The notes beneath the pieces were generated by a model. The model did not search any database. It had not been told where the DNA came from and worked only from the letters and a program-made list of their open reading frames with translations. From Escherichia phage FL33, in the sequence record PP400788: DNA of 64,000 nt. One strand, 5' to 3'. Of the stretch, positions 50,840 to 59,516 are shown one piece after another (position 1 is the stretch's first letter; each line of letters begins with the position of its first letter). A program made the position numbers and the translations under genes.

Positions 50840-51363
50840 GCGAGTACCGTCTTTAACCGTTCTTCAAACTTCCGAAGAGTATTTTGGCGTTCAGCTCTTT
50901 GCTTTTTGTAAGTTTCAATACGCTCTGAAATGAGAGAGTATCGTTCATTTACTGATTCTTTCATAAAATCAGGAATTTCACGAGAAGCTTTAATCTCATC
51001 AAATTTATCAATAACAGCTTGCTCTTCAGCAATTAAGTTATCATACATTAAAATATCTTTCTTGATGAACTCAATATCTTCTTGAGTTACACGAGATAAT
51101 TTAGATACTTTATCCTTTTTGTACTGTTCGTTAGTATCACGAGACCAGTGCAATGTACGATTTTTATTCGTATTCTTGTAAATTTCTACAATACCAATCT
51201 CATCGATAATAACGATCCAATTCCAACGGGATTTGTAAATTTGTCCTCCATCAACAGTGATTTCACCTCCGATTGAGATGTCATTAAAGAACTTACTTTG
51301 TGCTTCAGATTTAAATTTACCATCGTTGTAATTTACCAAGTTGAAAATATCTTTAGCGTTCAT
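50836..51363 (-). CDS. hypothetical protein, 175 aa, C-terminal coiled coil
   Basis: ORF downstream of early promoter 51392-51421. Confidence 0.55.
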   Translation of the reverse strand: MNAKDIFNLVNYNDGKFKSEAQSKFFNDISIGGEITVDGGQIYKSRWNWIVIIDEIGIVEIYKNTNKNRTLHWSRDTNEQYKKDKVSKLSRVTQEDIEFIKKDILMYDNLIAEEQAVIDKFDEIKASREIPDFMKESVNERYSLISERIETYKKQRAERQNTLRKFEERLKTVLA

Positions 51364-51391
51364 TTTGTGTTCCTCCGTAGTTGATAGTTGT

Positions 51392-51421
51392 ATAGTACCA
51401 CAGAGGAACAGTCTTGTAAAC
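51392..51421 (-). promoter_or_regulatory. T4-type early promoter
   Basis: GTTTAC 51416-51421, TGGTACTAT -10. Confidence 0.55.
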
Positions 51422-51423
51422 CA

Positions 51424-51738
51424 CTAAAAGAAACTTCTTTCACAATTTTTTCCACTGAACCATGCGCTTACCGCTTTCTTAGTCTCAGGAGCAGTGTTAT
51501 CCATAAACCATTCAAAGGCAGCCTTTTTATGATTCTGGAGGGCTTCTCGGGCTTTAATCTGCTCACGGTCTATTAACACTAACATATGAGCCTTTCTTGT
51601 CACCATGGGCTTCTTATGATTTTTTGAATACTCCCAGTCATTTGTCCATCGCATTGTCGTTGCAAATTGAAATACAGCTTCTTTAATCTTAGTTTCGTAA
51701 ATTTCACGAGCCTTTGAGTATAACATCACTACCTCCAT
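51424..51738 (-). CDS. hypothetical protein, 104 aa
   Basis: ORF. Confidence 0.5.
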   Translation of the reverse strand: MEVVMLYSKAREIYETKIKEAVFQFATTMRWTNDWEYSKNHKKPMVTRKAHMLVLIDREQIKAREALQNHKKAAFEWFMDNTAPETKKAVSAWFSGKNCERSFF

Positions 51739-51808
51739 TTACCAGTTTAATTCTAGTCATCTTTTTAATGGCAGTCCATATAATCTATTTCTGAACTGCC
51801 TTTTTGTC

Positions 51809-52528
51809 TTAGGATTCTTCTAAATGTCTTTTCTGAAAAGTTGATACCATACTACGATACGGTTCATTTGGATATCCATGTTTTATAGCTTCCTTTGTAA
51901 ATTTTCTCCATCCACATTTAGTTTCTTTCCAAAGCTCGAATAATTCATCTTCATACTGCCATATAGTTAAATGAGAACGCTTTGCAGCTTTAATTCCATT
52001 AATATGCTTTTCTTTTACTACAGGATTGCTTAGTTTCTTTTTAATAATATTACTAACTTTTCTAACAAAAACTGGGTCCTTATATCGTTGCGAAGTTTTT
52101 ATTGAAGTGTTTAATTTAGCTTCCGGCGTGGATGTGACCTCTTTCATCTTTTTCTTCATATGCTGTATATGATTAGGATTTTTCCATAAATTTATAGAAT
52201 GCTTTTTGCATTTTATCCTAGTTTCATCTGCAACCTTTCCTCCTTCACCCCCGTATGACAGGTTAACGCAGTTTTTTCCATATTTCAATTTACCTGCCAT
52301 GATATATAATATTTCGGCTTGTACCATTTTATCATAATTATCAAAAACTTCTAAAACCGTTTTTGATAATATATGGTCATTTGACACTTTTACACGTTCT
52401 ATATAATTTCCACTACCAACATACGAATCATTGATGTTATTAGTTATATGTCGACCATAATAGTATTTCTTAATACCTGTCTTTAAATTTAATATTTCAG
52501 TTTTATAGATAGTAAAATATTTTTTCAT
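51809..52528 (-). mobile_element. Seg-like GIY-YIG homing endonuclease gene, 239 aa
   Basis: TIYKTEILNLKTGIKKYYYGRH ... YVGSG motif arrangement as in T4 Seg proteins; stop overlaps neighbour start. Confidence 0.55.
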
Positions 52529-53505
52529 TTTAATAATACCGTTTCAGCAATTTCTTCCCAACCGTTTTTGTCGGTCATAATAAAGTCAGCAAGATAAAGA
52601 GCAGTACGCAGTGAAACATTGCGTAAACGATTAACATTAACTTTCATCCATGATAATGCTTTATAAGTTTCTTCATCAGAAAGACCGCGCTTTTGCATCA
52701 TGTCAGTTGAAAGAATAACATCTTCAACCCTGACCATAATTTCTTCATTGGTGTGAACACCCAAATCCAAATAAACTGAGCGGGACACTAATGCTTGTAA
52801 GTGTGGGGCAAGTTTAGTACCACGGTCTAATTCGCGGTCAATATCAACGTTTGTGATAAAAACAATCGTTCCTTTAAATTCAAACTCACGGTCAATGCCT
52901 TTTTCTTCTAAGTAAGAAGATGCAGTGCTCCAGCAGACTTTACGGGTCTCTCCAGTGTCCAGAGCGGCTTTTAGAAGATTAAGAATATCCATATCAGAGA
53001 AAACATCCACATCATCAATCAAAAGGACAGAATTCTCTTCACGATTATTCCAAAGCTGCTCATAAAGACCAATACCAGAGATTTTACCATTAATGCTTTT
53101 ATATTCAATGTATCCAATATCATTTGCTTTATTTAAAGCTTTATCTAAAGAATACGTTTTACCAATACCTGCTGCGCCAGAGATAATTAATGAACGAATA
53201 TTTCCATTAATAATACCATTCGTCATCATTCCCATAACATTAAATCTTTTATTAATGCGGGTTTTCATATCTTCATATGATTCTTTAACTTCTTCAACTT
53301 TTACACCATCATATGAAATATCTGATTTGTAAACCCAAACACCACGACGTTTACCGTCAATTTCAACAAAAACTTTACCATCTCCTTGTGCATCTACCGG
53401 AGCATTATCTGGGAACCATTCGCCTAAGAGCTCAAAAGTTCCAGAGATTTCTTTACCGAAGTAGATACCCTTATTGATAGTTACAGTTTTCATTTTATTC
53501 TCCAA
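52525..53505 (-). CDS. P-loop ATPase (AAA-like), 326 aa
   Basis: Walker A GAAGIGKTY, Walker B VLLIDDVD. Confidence 0.6.
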   Translation of the reverse strand: MENKMKTVTINKGIYFGKEISGTFELLGEWFPDNAPVDAQGDGKVFVEIDGKRRGVWVYKSDISYDGVKVEEVKESYEDMKTRINKRFNVMGMMTNGIINGNIRSLIISGAAGIGKTYSLDKALNKANDIGYIEYKSINGKISGIGLYEQLWNNREENSVLLIDDVDVFSDMDILNLLKAALDTGETRKVCWSTASSYLEEKGIDREFEFKGTIVFITNVDIDRELDRGTKLAPHLQALVSRSVYLDLGVHTNEEIMVRVEDVILSTDMMQKRGLSDEETYKALSWMKVNVNRLRNVSLRTALYLADFIMTDKNGWEEIAETVLLK

Positions 53506-53527
53506 ATCCGTATCAGTTGATAGTTGT

Positions 53528-53557
53528 ATAGTACCATAAAGCTTTATGCTTGTAAAC
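53528..53557 (-). promoter_or_regulatory. T4-type early promoter
   Basis: GTTTAC 53552-53557, TGGTACTAT -10. Confidence 0.55.
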
Positions 53558-53588
53558 AGTTTTGTGAAAAATTTTTGAAATAAAAAAA

Positions 53589-53608
53589 AGGGAGCCCGAA
53601 GGCTCCCT
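53589..53608 (-). terminator. strong intrinsic terminator after the nucleotidyltransferase gene
   Basis: GGGAGCC-UUCG-GGCUCCC then UUUUUUUU in minus sense. Confidence 0.7.
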
Positions 53609-53610
53609 TA

Positions 53611-54624
53611 TCATTTATAATAACTTCGGTGGTTTTCAAGATAAACCCTCTCAAGGAAGTCATCCCAGAAACTCATGTCTACTTTTTGCTGCATACCGTT
53701 CTTAGAAGCTTCAATGGATGCTGCTTCTACTTGATCGACCACATCTTCCAAAAACTCTTGGACAGTTTTAAATGGATGTTTACCCAACTTCACGTCGAGA
53801 ATAAATGGAGCATCTTGGAGTGGATAAACCAAATCACCAGTTTTGTAAATTTCCAATAGTTGGAGTCCACCACGGCAAGCATGACTAAGAGCTTTCCAGT
53901 CAATGCCCTCATTCGCTTCAGCCTTACGAGCACGTTCGCCGTATTCAGCATCTAATTTGTTCAGTGACTGCTTAAGCTCAATAAGAGAAAGCGTTGTCTG
54001 ATATTTACGACCCAACACAGTATAGAACGTTTGCGGGCCTGTTTTCTCGTGATTATGGAACACCCATTCACAGAACTCGTTCTCTGGAAGACGATGCTTA
54101 ATATCTTCAACTTTAGTGCGACGCTGCTTAATGGAACCGTCTTCTTGATAATCAACCCACTGATCGGGGATTTGATTAACTACTTTCAATACATCACGCA
54201 ATGCGGCCAAACGAGAACCCTTAACACCATATTTAGAAGCTTGCTTGCGAACATATCCTAAATAGGATTTCATGTTAGTTGTATAAAAACGAGAACGATT
54301 GTCTTGAATAAACTTCCATACATCAGGCAAATCTGATTTAACTACCAGTTCAGGTGGAGTATGGAGCATATCCAATGCTACGGTTTCACCATCTGCTGCT
54401 AATTTAAAGAAATATTTAAGACTGTATAGTTCATGGTCAATATCATCTTTAGTGTTTTTAGATGATGTGTTGTTAGTGTTTTTACTCATATGCTCTTTAA
54501 CATTTCCGATAAGAATATCGCGAGCAGGAGGAACAAAGATTTCTTTAAAATCTACATCAGATTCTGGAGTAGAAGTTCCATAAAGATGACTACCAAAATA
54601 GCTTTTCATTACTGTTTTCATCAT
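53611..54624 (-). CDS. pol-beta-superfamily nucleotidyltransferase, 337 aa
   Basis: N-terminal GS-x10-DVD motif (YFGSHLYGTSTPESDVDF) and downstream LDML acidic strand. Confidence 0.55.
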   Translation of the reverse strand: MMKTVMKSYFGSHLYGTSTPESDVDFKEIFVPPARDILIGNVKEHMSKNTNNTSSKNTKDDIDHELYSLKYFFKLAADGETVALDMLHTPPELVVKSDLPDVWKFIQDNRSRFYTTNMKSYLGYVRKQASKYGVKGSRLAALRDVLKVVNQIPDQWVDYQEDGSIKQRRTKVEDIKHRLPENEFCEWVFHNHEKTGPQTFYTVLGRKYQTTLSLIELKQSLNKLDAEYGERARKAEANEGIDWKALSHACRGGLQLLEIYKTGDLVYPLQDAPFILDVKLGKHPFKTVQEFLEDVVDQVEAASIEASKNGMQQKVDMSFWDDFLERVYLENHRSYYK

Positions 54625-55082
54625 TCAGCCTTATATTCAATAACAGGACATACTTTAGCTTTACGAGCTTTTAAAAATTCGACGATAATAGATTTCTTGG
54701 GTTGAATAGGAGGTAAACCTTTATACGCCCTATCAATATTTTCTACATGTAAAGCATAATCCTTTTTCCATTTATAATCTTTATATTTTTCATGCAGTTG
54801 TGCAGGAATAACACATGAACCGATAATAAGTAAAACAAGCAAAATAGCAAGTATAAATGCTGATGGAATAAGAGTCCATAAACTACCAAAAATAAGCCAT
54901 TTCTGTATGATTTCTGCACAGATGATAGTTAGACCTGCGAGTATAGTACATCCGAAAAAAGAAACGAAAAATGTAGGAATAACAATAGACCAAAAATACG
55001 CGCACAGTGTCTTAGGTCGTTTCCATTCATCATTAAACATTTTGAATAATTTATAATGCCAAGAGTTTTCATTAATAATCAT
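54621..55082 (-). CDS. membrane protein, 153 aa
   Basis: Three predicted TM segments. Confidence 0.55.
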   Translation of the reverse strand: MIINENSWHYKLFKMFNDEWKRPKTLCAYFWSIVIPTFFVSFFGCTILAGLTIICAEIIQKWLIFGSLWTLIPSAFILAILLVLLIIGSCVIPAQLHEKYKDYKWKKDYALHVENIDRAYKGLPPIQPKKSIIVEFLKARKAKVCPVIEYKAE

Positions 55083-55084
55083 AA

Positions 55085-55606
55085 TTATCCTTTCATTGAA
55101 GGTGTAACAGTTGTTAAATACTTAATCATAGCTTCAGCTTCTGATTTTGATAATGAAATTTCTCCATTGTTTTGACGAATAGAAATAAAATCCGGATGAC
55201 GGTCACCACCAGCTTTTAAAACACACATATAAGTATCAGTTTCATCTTCAATATTTGAAATGATTGAAGCAGTTCCACATGAATGTGGTTTTTGATAAAT
55301 CAATACAGCTTTTCTTCCACCGTTTGACTGTTCATAAACTTTTAACACATCAAACAAATCACTTCTTTTATCAATAGCTAAGATGTTGTTTTCATCTTCA
55401 ATGTTAAATCCTTCGGATACTTCATAAAGCGTTACCCATAAATCACCTATATCGATAGTAGCATTTTCCTTTCCATGACTTTCAAGAGCATGACAAATTT
55501 TCTTGATTTCATCATAACTCATTTTAATAATATCATCTCCTTGAATAAGGAAGATGTCATTTTTAAATTCAACACGAATTAAACCGCTTCCACTTGAAAT
55601 AAACAT
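55085..55606 (-). CDS. hypothetical protein, 173 aa; paralog of next ORF
   Basis: C-terminus SKSEAEAMIKYLTTVTPSM resembles TKDEAIALKTYLDSVIPTM of neighbour. Confidence 0.55.
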   Translation of the reverse strand: MFISSGSGLIRVEFKNDIFLIQGDDIIKMSYDEIKKICHALESHGKENATIDIGDLWVTLYEVSEGFNIEDENNILAIDKRSDLFDVLKVYEQSNGGRKAVLIYQKPHSCGTASIISNIEDETDTYMCVLKAGGDRHPDFISIRQNNGEISLSKSEAEAMIKYLTTVTPSMKG

Positions 55607-55612
55607 ATTTCC

Positions 55613-56179
55613 TCACTTTGAAATCATAGTTGGAATGACAGAATCAAGATAAGTCTTTAGCGCAATAGCTTCGTCTTTTGTAAATGTAACAATATGTGCT
55701 CGAAAATCGTCAATTTGGCGAATAGTTAAGACATCTCCTTCTTCATAACATTTTGATACATTTAAAACAGTTTCATCATTCTGATCGCACTGATCGCAAG
55801 CGTTAGTAATAATAGCATTGCAATTTTTGAGCCATTTTAAACTATGTTTTCTTTCATTAGAATAATAAAAATATTTAATCTTAGCTATAAAACTATCCCA
55901 ATGGATAACTGATAAACACATTGACTCACTTTTAATATTAAATCCTGGGCATGAAGAATAAAAATGAATTTTGTGCTCATCATTGATGCTTACTATTTTA
56001 TCAGTATAAGGATATTCAATTTGGATTAAATGAACGATTTCACTAGGCGTAAAATATAGCATATCGTCTTCTTGCGTCAAACGATACATGTTATTTACTT
56101 TTTCTATAGCCAATTCACCAAAAAGCGGACTAACTTCTAATACTAATCGTTTCATATTGATTCTCTTCGACTCACTCAC
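55613..56179 (-). CDS. hypothetical protein, 188 aa; paralog of previous ORF
   Basis: Shared C-terminal motif; tandem arrangement. Confidence 0.55.
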   Translation of the reverse strand: MSESKRINMKRLVLEVSPLFGELAIEKVNNMYRLTQEDDMLYFTPSEIVHLIQIEYPYTDKIVSINDEHKIHFYSSCPGFNIKSESMCLSVIHWDSFIAKIKYFYYSNERKHSLKWLKNCNAIITNACDQCDQNDETVLNVSKCYEEGDVLTIRQIDDFRAHIVTFTKDEAIALKTYLDSVIPTMISK

Positions 56180-56314
56180 AATTACATACTCCTTTGAATA
56201 ATATCAATAATGTTGTTCACCAGATTATAAGTAAACATTGGGTAATTATATTGAATCATCACATACACAACAAACAAAACTTTCATTCTCTTCTCCTTGA
56301 CCGTTGACAAGATT

Positions 56315-56344
56315 ACTATACCATAACCTTGTCAACTTGTAAAC
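56315..56344 (-). promoter_or_regulatory. T4-type early promoter with internal dyad
   Basis: GTTTAC 56339-56344, TGGTATAGT -10; dyad GACAAG/CTTGTC. Confidence 0.55.
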
Positions 56345-56346
56345 CA

Positions 56347-56520
56347 TTAAATGACGTTTTCAATAAAATTCTGAAGCTTTGTGTGAGCATCAACCATAAT
56401 TTTCATTTCTTCCTTTGCGAAAGCTGTACCTCTTTCCCGAGCAGAATACTCATAGTCAGAAACTGCATTAGCATATTCTTCAATTAGCTTCATTAAAAAC
56501 ATTTGCTTTTCAGTTTTCAT
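56347..56520 (-). CDS. small hypothetical protein, 57 aa
   Basis: Hand translation MKTEKQMFLMKLIEEYANAV...; not in ORF track. Confidence 0.3.
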   Translation of the reverse strand: MKTEKQMFLMKLIEEYANAVSDYEYSARERGTAFAKEEMKIMVDAHTKLQNFIENVI

Positions 56521-56740
56521 TATTCCACCTAATCATTTCAAGATATTGAACTAACTTAGCTTTGGATTTATCCAAATCCTTTTTAGCTGCTTCTATACCG
56601 TCGTATGAATATCCTTCACAGTGCTCAACTGCCAATTGATATGAATCTATTTCAATATCACGTGCTAATTTAATGATTTTTTCAAACTGTTCACGTGTTA
56701 GCATACTAAACTCTCGTATTATGATCAATAATTTCATCAA
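56510..56740 (-). CDS. hypothetical protein, 76 aa
   Basis: ORF. Confidence 0.45.
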   Translation of the reverse strand: MMKLLIIIREFSMLTREQFEKIIKLARDIEIDSYQLAVEHCEGYSYDGIEAAKKDLDKSKAKLVQYLEMIRWNNEN

Positions 56741-56924
56741 GAAACATATCTAACGCTTCTAAAGCATTATCAACTTTAGCTTCAAATTCTTCAATACCTG
56801 ATAAGGCAAAGTTAATGCGTTCCTCATCTGCTTTGCGAATTAAAGCTACCAATTCTTTAATTTTATCTGCTTGTTTGATACTAATCATTATTCCACCACA
56901 TATGAAAGAGAAAATATTGCACAC
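56706..56924 (-). CDS. hypothetical protein, 72 aa
   Basis: ORF. Confidence 0.45.
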   Translation of the reverse strand: MCNIFSFICGGIMISIKQADKIKELVALIRKADEERINFALSGIEEFEAKVDNALEALDMFLDEIIDHNTRV

Positions 56925-57121
56925 GCCATATGAGTTGCAGCTTCATCACACATACTATAGCGTTTCTTAAGAAGTTCTACAAGTTCTTCACTAGTAACTT
57001 CATCCATGTTGACGAAAAAATCACCATTAATGATGACGTAGATATTTCCTTCTTGATTAAGTGCTTCAATTTTCATGATGTTCTCCTCTTTATCCGATGG
57101 TTGTATAGTATCACAGCTCAA
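56888..57121 (-). CDS. hypothetical protein, 77 aa
   Basis: ORF downstream of early promoter 57105-57134. Confidence 0.45.
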   Translation of the reverse strand: MSCDTIQPSDKEENIMKIEALNQEGNIYVIINGDFFVNMDEVTSEELVELLKKRYSMCDEAATHMACAIFSLSYVVE

Positions 57122-57134
57122 ATGGAAAGTAAAC
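57105..57134 (-). promoter_or_regulatory. T4-type early promoter
   Basis: GTTTAC 57129-57134, TACTAT -10. Confidence 0.5.
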
Positions 57135-57149
57135 CGGTAAAATGAAAAA

Positions 57150-57167
57150 AGTCTCCCGAAGGAGACT
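57150..57167 (-). terminator. intrinsic terminator (UUCG loop, U-tract)
   Basis: AGUCUCC-UUCG-GGAGACU then UUUUUCAUU in minus sense. Confidence 0.6.
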
Positions 57168-57171
57168 AATG

Positions 57172-57558
57172 TTATTCGAGGGAAAGAAGATACTTACTCT
57201 GGTAAAACATTCCAGTAATATCATCTATCGTGCTTTGAATGGCTGGAGGCATTTCTTTATAAATGCTGTTAGATTGGTCTAGTATGCGATCAATCATTTT
57301 AACTGTATCAATAGGAAGTTTACTGGCATCCGGAATTGCCGGCGTGTATTTTCTACCAGAATACCCCAAATACTGCTCACCAAATTTATCAATCAAATCT
57401 GGCAACTCAGAGAAAATAAAATCGTATGCTTTGTGTCTAGCATAACTTTTAGTTTCAAAATGCGCAGAATGAAAATAAGCTTGCGCAGCCATTAATAAAC
57501 CTAAATATTCATCTGCCTTTGAAGGTTTTCCACTTTGTGAAAAGTCGCTGAATTTCAT
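57172..57558 (-). CDS. hypothetical protein, 128 aa
   Basis: ORF immediately downstream of rI. Confidence 0.55.
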   Translation of the reverse strand: MKFSDFSQSGKPSKADEYLGLLMAAQAYFHSAHFETKSYARHKAYDFIFSELPDLIDKFGEQYLGYSGRKYTPAIPDASKLPIDTVKMIDRILDQSNSIYKEMPPAIQSTIDDITGMFYQSKYLLSLE

Positions 57559-57848
57559 TCAGTCTCCAATTTAATGTTCATAATTCTAGCGTATGATTGT
57601 GCCATCTCCGCGCCTCGTTCTATACATTCAAAATCGGAAGAGCACGGGTCATTTTTATAGGTCGTTCGCATGAAACTATAGAACTGTTCAGATGATTCTA
57701 CGCTTTTATTTTCAAAAAGCATATAAACATGTCTAATACCAGATTCCATAAATTTATCAAAATGAGGATCAACATTCGCTTCAATCGGCGGAGATAAAAC
57801 AAACGCTAATCCTAGCATGGCGAATAATGCCGCTGCTTTTAAGGCCAT
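57555..57848 (-). CDS. rI: lysis inhibition regulator RI, 97 aa
   Basis: N-terminal membrane anchor then periplasmic domain; length equals T4 RI as recalled; adjacent to tk. Confidence 0.8.
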   Translation of the reverse strand: MALKAAALFAMLGLAFVLSPPIEANVDPHFDKFMESGIRHVYMLFENKSVESSEQFYSFMRTTYKNDPCSSDFECIERGAEMAQSYARIMNIKLETE

Positions 57849-57856
57849 AAAGGCCT
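57842..57856 (-). promoter_or_regulatory. hairpin placing the rI AUG in its loop, candidate translational control element
   Basis: AGGCC-UUUAU-GGCCU in minus sense; AUG in loop, GGAGG just 5' of stem. Confidence 0.35.
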
Positions 57857-57860
57857 CCTA

Positions 57861-58073
57861 TCATTTTTGTCCTGTATTTACTTTATGCCGATGCACGGCC
57901 TTAACTTTATCAAGGTATTTTTCAAAATTTCGCAATCTAGTATAGTCTGCCGGAGATTGGTTGAGTGATACTTCTCGACGCAAAGCTGAAATGATATTTC
58001 CAACTTCCCTACGAATTTCATCTAATTGAAGAACAGTAAGATTGCGAAGTTGCTTTTCAGTTAATTGTAGCAT
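57861..58073 (-). CDS. hypothetical protein, 70 aa
   Basis: ORF. Confidence 0.5.
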
Positions 58074-58115
58074 ATATACCCCTTTAGTTAGATAAACCTA
58101 TTTATAACTTTTGCA

Positions 58116-58697
58116 CTAACCGAGCTTTTTAGTTAATTCATTCCAATGTTTTCTACACAAAGAAACATAAATTTCATCACCAATACAGATTTGATTACCT
58201 TCTTTAACTGGTGTTCCATCTTCCATTAATCGAGCTGTCATAATCGCTTTTTTACCACAATGACAAACTGCCTTTAGTTCAATAAGTTTATCTGCAATCG
58301 CCAAAAGTTCTTTAGAACCTTCAAATAATTTTCCAGCGAAATCAGTCCTTAGTCCATAAGCCATAACAGGAACATTATATGTATCGACAATTCGGCTTAA
58401 TTGATGCACTTGTTCAGTTTTTAAAAACTGAGCTTCATCTACAAATACACAATGAATATCTTTTTGTGCTTCAGCCCATTTATAGAACTCAAAAATATCC
58501 ATATCATCCGTAATAATATTCGCTTCCTGCTTAATTCCAATGCGAGAAACGACTTCACAGACAGAATCGCGAGTATCAATAGCAGGCTTAAGAACTAATA
58601 CACTCATTCCACGTTCTTTATAATTATGCGCAGCAGTCAAAAGAGAAGCAGATTTTCCAGCATTCATTGCTGCATAAGTAAAAATTAAACTCGCCAT
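58116..58697 (-). CDS. tk: thymidine kinase, 193 aa
   Basis: P-loop AAMNAGKS and C-terminal Cys zinc site; length equals T4 Tk as recalled. Confidence 0.9.
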   Translation of the reverse strand: MASLIFTYAAMNAGKSASLLTAAHNYKERGMSVLVLKPAIDTRDSVCEVVSRIGIKQEANIITDDMDIFEFYKWAEAQKDIHCVFVDEAQFLKTEQVHQLSRIVDTYNVPVMAYGLRTDFAGKLFEGSKELLAIADKLIELKAVCHCGKKAIMTARLMEDGTPVKEGNQICIGDEIYVSLCRKHWNELTKKLG

Positions 58698-58706
58698 ATC
58701 ACCTTC

Positions 58707-58892
58707 TTAAAGCGTATTCACATAAGCTATTAATTCGTTTTCTTTCTTATCAAACCGATCAGCAAATTCTTCCTGGTGTTCGGGAGATAGCGGGCCGTAT
58801 TCATCATAAAAGGTGTTTGCTTCTGTATGCTCATCTAGAAGTTCATGGATAAGCTCAAACAATTTATCTTTTTGTTCTTTACTCAGACTCAT
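58707..58892 (-). CDS. hypothetical protein, 61 aa
   Basis: ORF. Confidence 0.5.
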   Translation of the reverse strand: MSLSKEQKDKLFELIHELLDEHTEANTFYDEYGPLSPEHQEEFADRFDKKENELIAYVNTL

Positions 58893-59062
58893 ATATTAAT
58901 TTCCAGAAGTTTTAAAATAATTCGCTTTTGCTTAAATATTTCCATAGTTAAATGATCAGTATCTTTTTGACCAATTCCGATGGCAAAACCTTTATTAACA
59001 GCGAGTTCAATTAAATTATCAAGCTCACGTAACACTTCATATTGTAACTCAGAACTATTCAT
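58889..59062 (-). CDS. small hypothetical protein, 57 aa
   Basis: Hand translation MNSSELQYEVLRELDNLIELA...; ATGA overlaps both neighbours; not in ORF track. Confidence 0.4.
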   Translation of the reverse strand: MNSSELQYEVLRELDNLIELAVNKGFAIGIGQKDTDHLTMEIFKQKRIILKLLEINI

Positions 59063-59265
59063 TTTGGTTTACCTTCTTTAACAAAATCGGGATAAGGATA
59101 AAATCCTGAATAAAATCCTTCACCTTTATGATTAATGCATCCTTTATTAGAGCAATAGCACCAATAATCGAAATCACAAGCCATTTCATCATTGCATAAA
59201 GCAAAAACAACTGGCCATTTACACTTTTCACAATGTGCATTTTTAAGAATGCTAATTTGGCTCAT
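59059..59265 (-). CDS. Cys-rich small protein, about 68 aa
   Basis: CEKC...CNDEMACD...CYCSNKGC; start set at the ATGA overlap; track ORF extends to 59286. Confidence 0.45.
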   Translation of the reverse strand: MSQISILKNAHCEKCKWPVVFALCNDEMACDFDYWCYCSNKGCINHKGEGFYSGFYPYPDFVKEGKPK

Positions 59266-59474
59266 AACCATGTAACCTTTAAGCAATATTCTTCTACATG
59301 CTGTTTACGACCTTTCTTATCAATAAAGGTATATTCAACGAATGTTCCAATATAGTCTTTATCTACATCATGTGGACTATTAATTGGGCATTTAGTACGG
59401 CAAATGCGTTCCCATTGACGAATAATTTCCACTTTGTTTTTAGGATCAAACGGATGCGGGTAATGTGCTTTCAT
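59262..59474 (-). CDS. hypothetical protein, 70 aa
   Basis: ORF. Confidence 0.5.
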   Translation of the reverse strand: MKAHYPHPFDPKNKVEIIRQWERICRTKCPINSPHDVDKDYIGTFVEYTFIDKKGRKQHVEEYCLKVTWL

Positions 59475-59516
59475 AATCCACCACTATTAAATCAATATCA
59501 GGAGTAAACATGTCGA

